From NCBI GenBank assembly GCA_030704615.1, contig CM060731.1, forward strand, positions 66,216,001 to 66,280,000: a stretch of 64,000 nt of DNA, read 5' to 3'. The notes below the pieces were generated by a model. That model was given only the letters and a program-made list of their open reading frames with translations. It was not told the DNA's origin and ran no database searches. This document shows, in pieces, positions 40,770-52,481 of the stretch. Source of the stretch: Takakia lepidozioides (Eukaryota > Plantae > Bryophyta). The position numbers and the translations under genes were made by a program. How positions within the stretch are numbered: the first letter of the stretch is position 1; each line of letters opens with the position of its first letter.

Positions 40770-41400
40770 GCCTCAAAGAAGCTACATATGCATGACAGTT
40801 ATCGTATTTGAACAACACAATTATTTGATTTGATAGATGGTGATAGATTTCGAGATCCAAAAAAAAATTGTAGTGACTATGGTTATTTAATAGGAGCTAA
40901 AGAGAGCCATTTTGGCAAATATGTGCGAGAGGCTTGCATTTGTTCTTTAGTTTCATAGAATTTTAAAGTATGGATTGGGGTAGTTTATGGGTTTGTTGAT
41001 TGGGTGAAGAATTATAAGAAAAGATAAGTGTGTGAAGTATATATTGGAATATTTAAAGGAAGTCGTAGAAGTAATATTGCACCTAGTTGTGTATGTGTCA
41101 TTTTAATAGGAATACATTGTGACCAAACTTTGTGGAAATTTAGGTGGATGTTGCAGATAAAAAACACATTTTTTATCTAAAAGATGTCTTCATTGAAATT
41201 CGTTTGTTATATATACTGTCATTTTCGTGTAAGTGAGGTTCTCGTAGAGTAGCACGATTGAGATGACATGATTTTGAATTTCAGTTATGACTAATTAACT
41301 AAGACTCCAAATCCGAGAAGTTGATCACTGGTTATCACGGCCGATTCTTAGCAATGAGGCATAAACGCGCGATATTATTCATATCATATGTGCCATCATT

Positions 41401-41715
41401 TTCTAGAAGAGAGCAAAGTTGTCAATATTGGTGGTCGTAGGTTTTTCTCATTTTTTTAAATGTCTACGATGGCGATCACATGTTTTTTCATTTTTCTAGA
41501 ATGCATTAAAAAAGAATGTTGCGACCACTGATATTGGCGGTCGTATGCATTTAAAATAAAACAAATTGCTTCTATCGCTAATATTGGCGATCGGATGCAT
41601 TAATAATGAAAAAAAATGTTGCGACCTAGAAATATTGATGGTTGCATGTATTAAAAAAAATTAAAATGTTGCGACCGCCAATATTGACAATCACATATCT
41701 TTATTTTGCTAGTTT
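41401..41715. mobile_element. Probable CACTA-derived miniature element
   Basis: Repeated inverted TGCGACCGCCAATATTGGCGGTCGCA-like motifs with degenerate ends (TTCTAGAAGA... / ...TTTTGCTAGTT). Confidence 0.5.
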
Positions 41716-42284
41716 TTTTTAAATAAAGTAAAATTTTATCCACGTGGTGAGTCTAATTGGGCAGCAACCTCGGTCTAGGATAAATAGTCAATAATAAAGA
41801 TAAAAAATAAAAATCAAACAAAATCGAATATGTACATTCCATCTATCTTGTAGCTAAAGAACATGGTTCCTACAGTACCTCGGACTCAGCCGCAAGCCTC
41901 GAACCAGTTTATTTATCAAACAACATATTGATGCTTATATATGTGGCTAGCTGGAGAATACCTAGAAAGCCCGAATTAAATGTACATATTTGCAAGGTAA
42001 ATCACACGACTGGACTGAGTCCCTGACAGTGCCTAATCCCTTTGTCTTTTGTATGTACATTATCATCTAAGCAATATTCCAATTGGTTTCAAGCACAATG
42101 GACTCTCCATTGCTTCTCTACTACCAATTGTTTTTGAAAGGGTGGATATTGCATCGAAACATGACCTCTATACATGCATCAAATAAGAACTTATGGAGCT
42201 GCACAACAAACAGACATAGAATCTGCAACACAAACGACGTGTTAGGAGTACTACGATTCAAAACTTGGAGAAATATCAGTTCCC

Positions 42285-43570
42285 TGGCAAGGGTGGTGAA
42301 GGCCATCTCTTGCACCTAATGCTTGAAAGAAGATGGTGGGTTTGAAAGGGTGCGCCAACGCACACTTCCACTGTGCGGATCTGCAGCAGAGAACTCCACA
42401 AGCTAAAAACAAAAAGATAATCAAAATAGAGAGAACTTTGGGTAAGATGTGAACATGACAAAGCTAAGAAAGTTGAAAAATCTGAAACTACAAGAAATGT
42501 CAGTTTGCTCCGCCAGAGAATGTTAAAAAAATTAGGAGAGATCGAAAAATAAAAAAAACACTATAAGTAGACAGACCCGGTGCATGCAGGGGTGGTGACG
42601 ACCTTCCCTTCCACCTCATGCTGGTGGTTTTGGAAGTGTGTGCCAGCACACACTTCTGCTGCAGACCTACACAAGAACCTAAGAAGTAGAAAAAACAAAA
42701 AAACAAGTCTAATCAAAATAAAGATAACTAGGGATAAGTTGTGAGCATGAGAAAGTTGATAAAAATAAAAATAACGCTGCAACTAAGATAAAGGTCAGTT
42801 TGGAAGTATGCGCTACCGCACATTTTCAACAGAGAACATTCCAGAAAAAAAAACATGAGAAATCAGAAAACCAAAAAAGAAAAAACTTTAAATCAATTAT
42901 CAAACAGACTGGATGTCTGCCGGGGTGGTGACAGCCTCACCTTGCACCTCATGATTGAAATGAGATGGCGAGTTCGGAAGTGTGCACATACTACCACCAC
43001 AGACTTGTACAAGAGAACTCAAAAACCATAAAGTACAAAATAGAAAAAAATGGAGATAACTCGGAAAGCTGTTTGGAAGTGTATGGTGGCGCAAACTTCG
43101 TCAAATACCTACTATTCAGATAATGATGTGGAGAAGGGTGAATATTTCATTCAAACAAGACCGCTGTAGATGCATGAGAAGAGAACTACGATCGAGCAAA
43201 CAACGTTTAATGAGTACTAACTGCCTCAAAACCTGAAGAAAGTTGGAAAAATCTTATTACATGACTCCCTTGAACCGCATGCTTCAATAGAAAGGCGTAG
43301 GTTTGGAAGTGTGCGCTAACATACGCTTCAGCCAAAAACCTGTGTCAGGGACCTCAAAATGAAGTTTTCTAGTTTTTTCATTTAAACGAAACCAACAAAC
43401 ACAAAGCAGAAGCCAACCAGGAATACCAAAAAGCACAAAACAACATATCAAGTCGTAAATGAAGTTTGAAACCAAATAGAAAAAGTCCTTAATGTAACAA
43501 AAATGTCATGAACGTCATGTACACAAAAAAAATGGGTTTGTAAGTGTGTGGTAGTGCACACTTCCAGCAC
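42285..43570. repeat. Array of ~25-bp palindromes (GGAAGTGTGCGC-nn-GCACACTTCC) within a degenerate ~300-bp tandem repeat
   Basis: Copies at ~42344, 42632, 42802, 42976, 43075, 43305 and 43540. Confidence 0.75.
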
Positions 43571-43727
43571 CCGAAGAGAATTTATAAGAAATGAAGTAGA
43601 AAGAAGAAGCGAAAAATAAACATAAATCAAACAATCTCCTGCTTAATAAGGGTGATGATCATGGTTGCACAAATGGACGTGACATACAGCTTGCACATCA
43701 GCGTCACGTCGGAAATCATGTCTAGAC

Positions 43728-44800
43728 CACTATAGGAAAATGGGGGGTTATCGACGCTTCGACGTCGCTAAAGCTCCGGGAGGGGCATTTTTGCGACGTC
43801 CGAGCGTCGCAAGCTCGTCGCAACGGCGTAGCTAGAATACCGTCGTTATTTTGCAACGGATGGGGGTCGCTAGGATACGCCGAGACGATTTGCGACGCCT
43901 GGACGTTGCCCAAAAAATAAAATAAAAATGCCTCTCTGCGATGTCGAATTAGCGACGTCCGGGGGTCGCAATGCAGTTTAGGGAGATACCTTTGAATTTA
44001 GGTGGAAAATTTTGAATTTCAAAAACTTGTTGACCATTGACTCCGGTTCTGTCCATTGCCAATACGTTCATTGTTCTATATATATTAGGCAATGCATACT
44101 TGAACCTAGGACCTCCACGTTATAACATTTCTAAGACATTACAGACTAACCAACACACCTACAATACATCTGTATTGTATCACAAAAGCATAAGTATATA
44201 TATACATATCAAGATTTTTTTCAAGTTCTTTCTAAGGGCTCCCTCTTGTGACGCTGGGAAGTTGCAACCTCCGCAGCCTTAATGTCTAGCCCCAGCATTA
44301 TCGCCGTTGTTGCAGCCCCAGTGCGAGGCGCCCCAATTGACGTTCTTGTGATGACTTAAGCTGACTATGACACCGTTGCGACCCCTTGTGGCGACGCCGT
44401 TGCGATCCCCTGGCGTCGCAGCTTTGGGCGTTCCTAGTGACGCTTTTGTGACGTTGGGGGCCGCAAGGTCTAAAAAAAAAAAAAAACCCACTATAGCGAC
44501 GCTGTTGCGATCCCCTGGCATCACAGCGTTGGGCGCCCCAGAGCGGGGCGCTCCCAGTGACGCTTTTGTGACGTTGGGTGCCACAAGGCCCAAAAAAAAA
44601 AACAAAAACCCACTGTGGCGACGCCGTTGCAACCCCCCGGCGTCGAAGCGTTGGGCGCCCCGAATGACGCTTTATGTCACAACATCAATTTTTATTTTAT
44701 TTTATTATTTTATTATTATTTTTGGGCATTGCGACCCTCCGACGTCGCAAAAAAAAAAAAACCCGTCGCAACCCCCCGCGGCGACGCACCTTGCGATAGC
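43728..44800 (+). mobile_element. Left end of a CACTA element (same GCGACG family as 33290-33813)
   Basis: CACTATAGGAAAA at 43728, with dense GCGACG/CGTCGC repeats at 43750-43970 and 44250-44800. No right TIR was found. Confidence 0.8.
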
Positions 44801-47800
44801 TGGGTGTCGTCCTACTCGTATCCATTGTTTCGCTGTTGTTCTAATCCACAACATCACCGTTACGCAGTTATCTGCATGTATGACTCTAACGCATAGATCT
44901 CCACTGTGAACTGTGTGTGAGACTTGGTAGAATCTTGGCTGAGGATTGCTGTATGGCAAAATGCTATGATCGTAGGTTATCAACGTATCACCAATAGTAG
45001 GATGTGTTGGAGATAGAAGCCTATCTTGGCTCGTCATTCTTAATTATACCTTTTTGTCCTTCATTCCACGTTTGCAGGTCCGAAGTCAAGATACTCTCTA
45101 TGAACGCATCTCCAGTTTCGAATTCTGCTTATATCTTCTGTCACGGCCTCCTATATAATCAAACGGCTGAGCTCACCATGGTGTTCTACTCTAACTAGCC
45201 TATCTCTTGCCTAAAATTCTACTATGTTGCCAGTAGTACTCGAGAAGCTAAAGTTCAATGATCCGTTATCGATTCCCTGAATTAGCTCATCTCATGCCCT
45301 AAGCAACTGATGTAAGGATGCCAACTTTGGATCCACGTCTCATTGAGTACTTTTCCGACATTTTCACAGTTAGCATTCCGTTCTATTGGCATAATTCTTT
45401 CATGTATGGTGACTGTTGCTTCAATCGAAACTAACTATTTCGTTGATCATTTCATTCTCTATGTGACAACCTAGAACTCCTATGATTCATTCCTTCAAAA
45501 TCAATTGCAACCCATGTCATGACTCTATCTGGACTTAACATCCAAACCTTTCCCCATATATTTTCTCCCGTGTGAACTATTCTTACTGCTAGATCTCCTG
45601 GAAGCCTGTAATTTGGGTCTTGTGGATCAAAGCCAAGCAGTTCCACGTTAGCAAATCCTACTACTCTATTCACAAGGTCACCCATTTGTGGTCCAACACT
45701 TCGATAGTTGTCCCTTGCGTTCCATCTCGTTGAAGTTGTTGTTGATACGTCGGCTTTTCCTGTTTAGTTAGTCCTCCGTCGACCAAGCTCCGATACAAAA
45801 AAAAATGGGCCTAACACCCCTGCCAATACAACCAGTTAGTTCACCAATATTTAATATCCCAGACTGCAGCGGAAGAGAAATCTGGAATAAACGGGAGTTT
45901 ATTAGCTCATTGCAAAACAAGATCCTTTGTCTGATTTTCAAACACCATCATCCCTGGAAAGTTGGTGATAGCCCTAGACTGACACTTCTTTCACTTGAAA
46001 CCTCAGGCATATCATTCATGTAACACTCGAAGGCAGGTTGGTGAATGTGCCCATGTCAAAAGGTCTAGTGTCCATGAATTTCCTCTAGACTAATGTGTTT
46101 GTCTTTTCCAAACTCTGGATTGCGCTCTCATGTAATCTGGAAAACTATCGTCTTCATCACTTTTCCTGCATCCTAGATGTTAGTCTAAGCTTCGTAGCAT
46201 ATTAGTTCAGCTTTGTAATAATGCCCAGGCTAATTCCACTCTACCCGCATTGATTTATGTCTAGAAACTGAACTATGTACCCATACTGGATTACGACCAG
46301 AACATGTTAGAATCTGAATTCCTACCATTTTGACATCGGGTACAATTCCAGATTTGACGATTCGAGTTGAAGAACACCTTGGCTGAGATTTGAAGCCGCA
46401 TTATGGAATACCAATTGATCAATGCACCAACTACCAAGCTACCCGCCCATTTTCTTGCTTCTATCCAAAAATGTAATCTTTTTATTCTATAACACATGCA
46501 CAAGGGCGAGGTTGAAGGGGGTGCGGATTTGACATCGCCCACCAAATGCGTCCCCTCTCTGGCAAGCCCCCACGAACGCATTCAACTCTCATCCTATGTC
46601 GAGTGTCTTCCTCAAATATAAACATAATCATATAACCCATTATATGACATAAACTACACCTTTAATAAATTTCCAAGGCCGCTGTCCCCTGTTCTGTGAT
46701 TTAAAAATGCGGACCATGCTACAATCCAGGAGACATGATGTGCAACACCTATTACTCATGTATCTACATTGGAGGTAATCCTCGAGGCAACTGGGGTACA
46801 TGTCGCCCAACTTCAGACTCTCATGTGCTCATAGTCACGTCGGTGTCACGCACGAGACTCATTTCAAATTCAAATGTGGCAGTTGGTGACCGTTAACGGT
46901 CAGCTCGGTCGGCCATCCTGGCCATCCTCGCTGCCGACCCGTTGCTGTATGTGTACGTTGCGGGAGCCCCCGAGCTATATAGATGAAGGCAGCGCAGAAT
47001 CATTGCTGGACATTCTCAGTATTGGCCTTCGGACGTCTCAGGTTCCTGCGGAGAGATAGAGATCGAGAGAGAGAGCTTCGTCTTTGCCTCAGTTGCCATC
47101 GACAGAGAGAGACCGAGAGAAATGTATCAGCAGAAGGTAGAGAAACAGATCAGAGTAGGGTCTGTGTGTCTCGATTTCGTTGTACAGATGAGAATACCGT
47201 TCGAATAACCGATTCAGAGGGCTTACTGACTCAGAGAGAGAGAGATTCCCTTTGAGGAAAGCATTAAGGTTAAGGAAGAGATAGACAGTGAGACCAGTTG
47301 GCTTCATTTCGTGAACGGTGGTGTACAGATGGATGCCATCTCCTCGAGTGCGTTCAATATTGGCTGCAGTCTACGCGATTCGTGAATATAAGGGAAAATC
47401 TGATCTCAGCCTATTGGGTTTAACAGTCATGTTGGAAGCAGAATTGTGGACAGTTTTTGTAGTGGCTGTGCTCTTGACTCTTTTCATCCTTGAATATGTC
47501 TGCTACGCTATATTAGAGATTGAGTGCATCAATAGGATCTGGGACGCTATTATTTCTGCTTTCAAATTCGTCGGCCACTCCTTTGTTGCATGCTTCAGGA
47601 GAGCAGATTCTGCTGCTCTTTGACGATTCAGACTTCCGCACCATAAATTCCTGCTGCTTGCGCTTTATTTCTATGTACTCACTTCAAACGACTGTACAAT
47701 CTAAATCTCAGCGGCTGCGAGAATTTAAATAGGCACTGAATGTGTCAGACGTCATGCGGGTTTGATCGCTAGAATTTGATTGAAATTCTGATTTGGGTCA

Positions 47801-48083
47801 CAATCTTCATTGTAGATCAGTGCACGGTTCGGGCTTCATTTCCTTTAGACGCAACCGTGGCATGTGCAAAGGCCTCGAGCTAATTCTGTATTTGTGGCTG
47901 ATCAGAGATCCCGACATCATTAACTCCGCTTTTCCTTTATCACCTCTTGTTTCTCTTCTTTGACCTTGCACAGGAGCCGCAGTTGTTCCGCATCAGATAT
48001 CTTCAACAATTAGACCTGTTGATATTTGGACTGTGCGCATATTGGCTCGATTGGGTTTGGTTGTTGTTCTGCAACGGTGGAAA

Positions 48084-51000
48084 ATGGGAGGCCCTGTGGT
48101 GAGCGTTTACCAGGCCACTATCGGCATTGAAATTGGTTTTTCGTTCGGTATTGCTCATCTGATCACTCTAGCGCTCGTTGCGATGGTGACGATTACAATG
48201 GCAACATGGACCGTGCTATTATGGTGGAGGCAACGCGGTGTGGGACCAAGGATCTGGCCACTGTTAGGCGCATCTCTGGAGCAGTTCTCCAATTTTCCGA
48301 TGATGCACGACTGGCTGCTGGCTTACTTTGAGCATACCAAAACCTTTCAAGTGCCCATGCCGACTTGCACCTACACCTACACTGTCGACCCTGCAAATGT
48401 GGAATACATTCTCAAGACCAACTTCTCTAATTATCCTAAGGTATAACCTATATTCCAGCGAAGTGATAAAGTTTTGGCACTGACTCCAACAGATTCATCG
48501 TATGTACACGAAGACACCATATAAGTAGATTATAGAACTTTTACTATACGCGCTCATAGGATGAGCTTCGTGGGTCTTCAAATGAACAACAGCCTGCAGA
48601 TCCCGACGTATGAAATCTTCTCCGGATGAACCACAAGGAAATCCTTGGAACTTTAGTTTGAGACTGCGTGATGCTGTATGAACTAGTTTTGGAGGGAGAT
48701 TTTGACCTGTAATATACCGATGCAGTAGCTTCTGCATGGAAATTTGAAATTATCTGTTTTATAACCGACGCAGGGTGAGGCATTCCATAGCAACATGGAG
48801 GTACTTCTGGGCGACGGGATCTTCAACACTGATGGGGAGGCATGGAAGTGGCAGCGCAAGACAGCTAGCCACGAATTCAACAGAAAGACCTTGAGCGACT
48901 TCAGTGCAGTCGTTTTCCGTGACTATGCGCTCACACTGGCATACATTCTGCACCAAAATGGGCTTGTCCTTAATCAGGCCGTTGACATGCAGGTATGTCT
49001 TCGGGAAGGGTCTACCCCCGTATCTCATGAAGATCTTGAGCTCGCATGCATGATTGGAATTTCACAGGTAGTCTACCCTGAGACTATCGGGTAGACTCGG
49101 GTAGTCTATCGGAATCTAACTAAACCCCAGGGGATTGAAGGTTTCGACTTGTTGAAGTTCTATTTGGAAAACATTTGTTTGCTGCTGAAGATTGTCATCT
49201 GTCGAAAAAGTGCAACTAGTCAAAGATTCAAGCAACTGATGCGGTCACGACTGAGAGTATCCATGTTGGGAGGGACATAGTTCTGATCATACCGTGATGT
49301 GCAGGATTTGTTCATGAGGATGACGCTGGATTCAATCTGTAAAGTAGGATTCGGGGTTGAGCTTCACTCGTTGACTCCGTCATTACCCGACAACCCGTTT
49401 GCCAGAGCGTTCGATGCAGCCAACGAGGGGGTGACACTTCGCTTCATCGACCCACTCTGGCGCCTCAAGCGCCTGCTCTATTTTCCCTCTGAGGCCCGAC
49501 TGGCCAAAAGTGTGAAGGTGGTGGATGACTTCACCTACGGTGTCATCCGCTCTCGCCGGTCAGAGCTTCAACGCTGTGCATGTTCTAAAGGTGCTACTTC
49601 CAGTGTAAGCACTTGGTACCAATTCCTGACCTGCGCGTTGTTGATCTTCTGGTAACCAACGGATTCTAATTCAGAATGCCAACTGCAAGCAGCTCAGTAT
49701 TTCAGTTCGAAATTGTCATCCCGTTGATGCCCCACGTACAGTTCTTAAATATATTCCTGATCGCAAATTCCCTATCAAGATTAATGGCCTTGAAAATGGT
49801 ACGTCGCCACGTTCTGATGATCATCGGGTTTTCTGATCGTCTGGTTTTGCAGAGTTCGAGGGCTGATCTACTGTCCCGCTTCGTATCGCTAAGCAATAAC
49901 GATGACAAGCGTTCGTTTTCTGACAAGACGTTGCGGGACATGGTGCTCAACTTTGTAATAGCAGGGCGTGACACTACGGCTGCCACTCTGTCCTGGTTTG
50001 TTTACATGCTCTGCCTTCACCCTGAAGTGGGCGACACCATTTATGCCGAACTCTGTCAGCTTGAGAGTCCGGCAAAGCCCCCGGAGAGAGGCTGTAATGC
50101 ATTCGTAAACCAACCAAAGGGCGGATTGTGTGAGCAGATGAAATTCTTTGCAGAGTATTTGACATATGAAGCGGTTTCAAAGCTTCCCTACTTGACTGCT
50201 GCCATCACTGAAACCATTCGCTTATATCCTGCAGTGCCACAGGTACAACGTTTACATGTACTGGTTGCCCGGAGTTCTTAATTCTCTTTTCGATTGTTTA
50301 ATCTCGGAGCCTGCAGCTGCTTGGCATCTATAGGGTTACACTAGACAATTGATGCGTGATAAACTAAGTTGATGCTTTTTGTAACCACACAATCACATAT
50401 ATCTGATCAATATGTATAACTACGTTCATGGCGCCAGGACCCGAAGGGTATATTGGCAGATGATGTGCTGCCGGATGGCACCAAAGTGAAGAAGGGAAGC
50501 ATGGTCACATACGTACCCTACTCCATGGGCCGCATGCAGTGGCTGTGGGGCTCTGATGCCCGTGAGTTTCGACCTGAGCGCTGGCTCAACCTCGATGGTT
50601 CCTTCCGCAAGGAATCCGACTTCAAGTTCACTGCATTCCAGGTACTGGTCTTTGCCGCTTTGACACACAATCTTGCTGCAACTATTGTCAATGCGCACAA
50701 GCACGACCTCGGACATAATATAACATGAATATGAACTCATGAATCTGTGCTACTTAATGACAAACGTTGTGGATGCCAGGAACCTGCCCAATACTAACGT
50801 CCACTGGCAATCCCAAGTGTCACCAACCCGTGTTATATACCAGCTCTAGACCTCTCTTTGGACTCACTGACTTACCACAACGATCCGAACGGGTGTTGGC
50901 TTGGGCAGGCAGGACACCGGGTGTGTTTGGGAAAGGATTCAGCCTTCCTTCAGATGCGCATCACAGCGGCTCTACTGTGTCGCTTCTTCCGCTTCCAACT

Positions 51001-51094
51001 GCTGCCTGGCCATTGCGTCACCTACCGGATGATGGCTATCCTTTCCATGGCCCATGGGCTCAGTGTGACCGTCACGCCGCGCGCTCTTAGCTAG
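48084..51094 (+). CDS. CYP704B: Cytochrome P450 CYP704B-like fatty-acid omega-hydroxylase; exons 48084-48440, 48774-48992, 49305-49604, 49853-50242, 50438-50641, 50909-51094
   Basis: GPRIWPLLGA...MHDWL...NVEYILKTNFSNYPK|GEAFHSNMEVLLGDGIFN; MRMTLDSICKVGFG; NFVIAGRDTTA; ETIRLYPAVP; FRPERW; FQ|AGHRVCLG. All introns are GT-AG and phase 0. Confidence 0.93.
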
Positions 51095-52367
51095 GCTAGA
51101 TCAGATTTCTCTGGAGCGACGCACACCGGGACCGTACCAGGCTCTGTAATTCTAGATCAATTCATTTTCCAGATGTCTGATATTATGGAAGAACCCGTGC
51201 ACTGGAGGTATTGAGATTGGAAGATATTGCGCGAGTTCTGAGGCATGTGCCTTGTGGGCGTGAGAGGATAGAAAGATGACAAGCTTTCAAGTGTGAAGGA
51301 GAGCTCCCCTCATAAAAGGAGCTCCCAGGTTCTGAAAACTGTTACCTAGAGATATACGCACCGATCTAGAGAGACTGGAAGAAACATTTGAGATATTATC
51401 TACTTTAATGGGGCTCTGCTGTAAATATGGGGTCACCTTTGCAGGCCCTTGAATTCAAACTTCAGAGCAGATTGTTGTTCTGAAGAGTCGAATTTCCGCA
51501 GAATTTAATTGTTAACCAGTTAGAACTTGATCTAGTGGGTTTTGATGTTACGTCACAGTTCGAAGCTTCCACAATCCGATTCATAGATTTCAAGATTGTG
51601 CGTGCAAAGGTTGAGAGTAGAGAAGGTAAACCCCACTGAGTACATTGAACACTCTTGACCAACAAGATGGAGTTTGATTCTTTTGGAATCCAGTTCTTGA
51701 TGGGTAACTTGCAGACGAAATATTTGGGTTTCGATCTGTTGCATACTTCAGTATTACAGGTTGAAGTTTTCTTTAATGAAATCTTCACAGTAGAGAACTT
51801 AGCAAACAGCCCCGGACAGAACAGAATAATCCGGGCCAGCTGCTACACCTTGCATTCCACTATTTGGGCATGCTTCTTGCTTACATGCCATGGCTTTGTA
51901 TCAGAACCCAAAGAGAAAACATGATGTCCTTGTTACTGAAACTAAGAGAATCTACATTCTTGTAGTCTGACAGAGTACAAATGACAGTACTTACAAATAA
52001 AGCAGAAGATCTTATTCAGTCCATTTTGTTTCCATTGTAGTCTCCTTATAGGAAATAATGTGAGAAGTAGGAGTATATATACATGTTCAAAGGAATTGTC
52101 TATTATATACCCTATACCCTAAACCCTACAGGACATGTGGGTGAAACGACTAGGATCCGGATCTCTACACTTGTGCTTTGTCAGACGCATGCAGATTGGC
52201 GCCATTCAAGCAAATTCGTAATAACAGATCTTTGCAGGAATTCGTGAAGGGGCGTCATTCCGATCTTTCACTGCTCAAAGTCTGATCACTTTTTTCGTAA
52301 ACGAGAAATAAGCGGTGAGATTCCATCGGTGCCCTCCAGTACGTAGACAAGAATCGGCGTAGCCGAC

Positions 52368-52481
52368 TACGTAACTATGGAATGGGCTGGCAGATGACAT
52401 TCTGCCCGGTAGGGCGAGACACTTTTCGAGGTGGGCAGCCAGCCGGGCAGAATGACATCTGCCCGCCCATTCCATTGCGTA
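52368..52481. mobile_element. ~100-bp hairpin mini-element between TACGTA (52368-73) and TGCGTA (52476-81)
   Basis: Arms ATGGAATGGGCTGGCAGATGACATTCTGCCCGG and CCGGGCAGAATGACATCTGCCCGCCCATTCCAT are near-perfect inverted repeats. Confidence 0.65.

Noticed and set aside
42285-43570. CRISPR-like repeat-spacer array
   Set aside because: Eukaryotic context, no cas genes, degenerate repeats, and long irregular spacers that are related to one another.
35745-43728. A CACTA element capturing the lectin gene
   Set aside because: The flanking ends face outward (TAGTG at 35745, CACTA at 43728) and have different subterminal repeats, so they do not enclose the lectin.
51440-51830. Coding-like stretch downstream of CYP704B
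   Set aside because: Multiple stops or no motif in any frame; unassignable.
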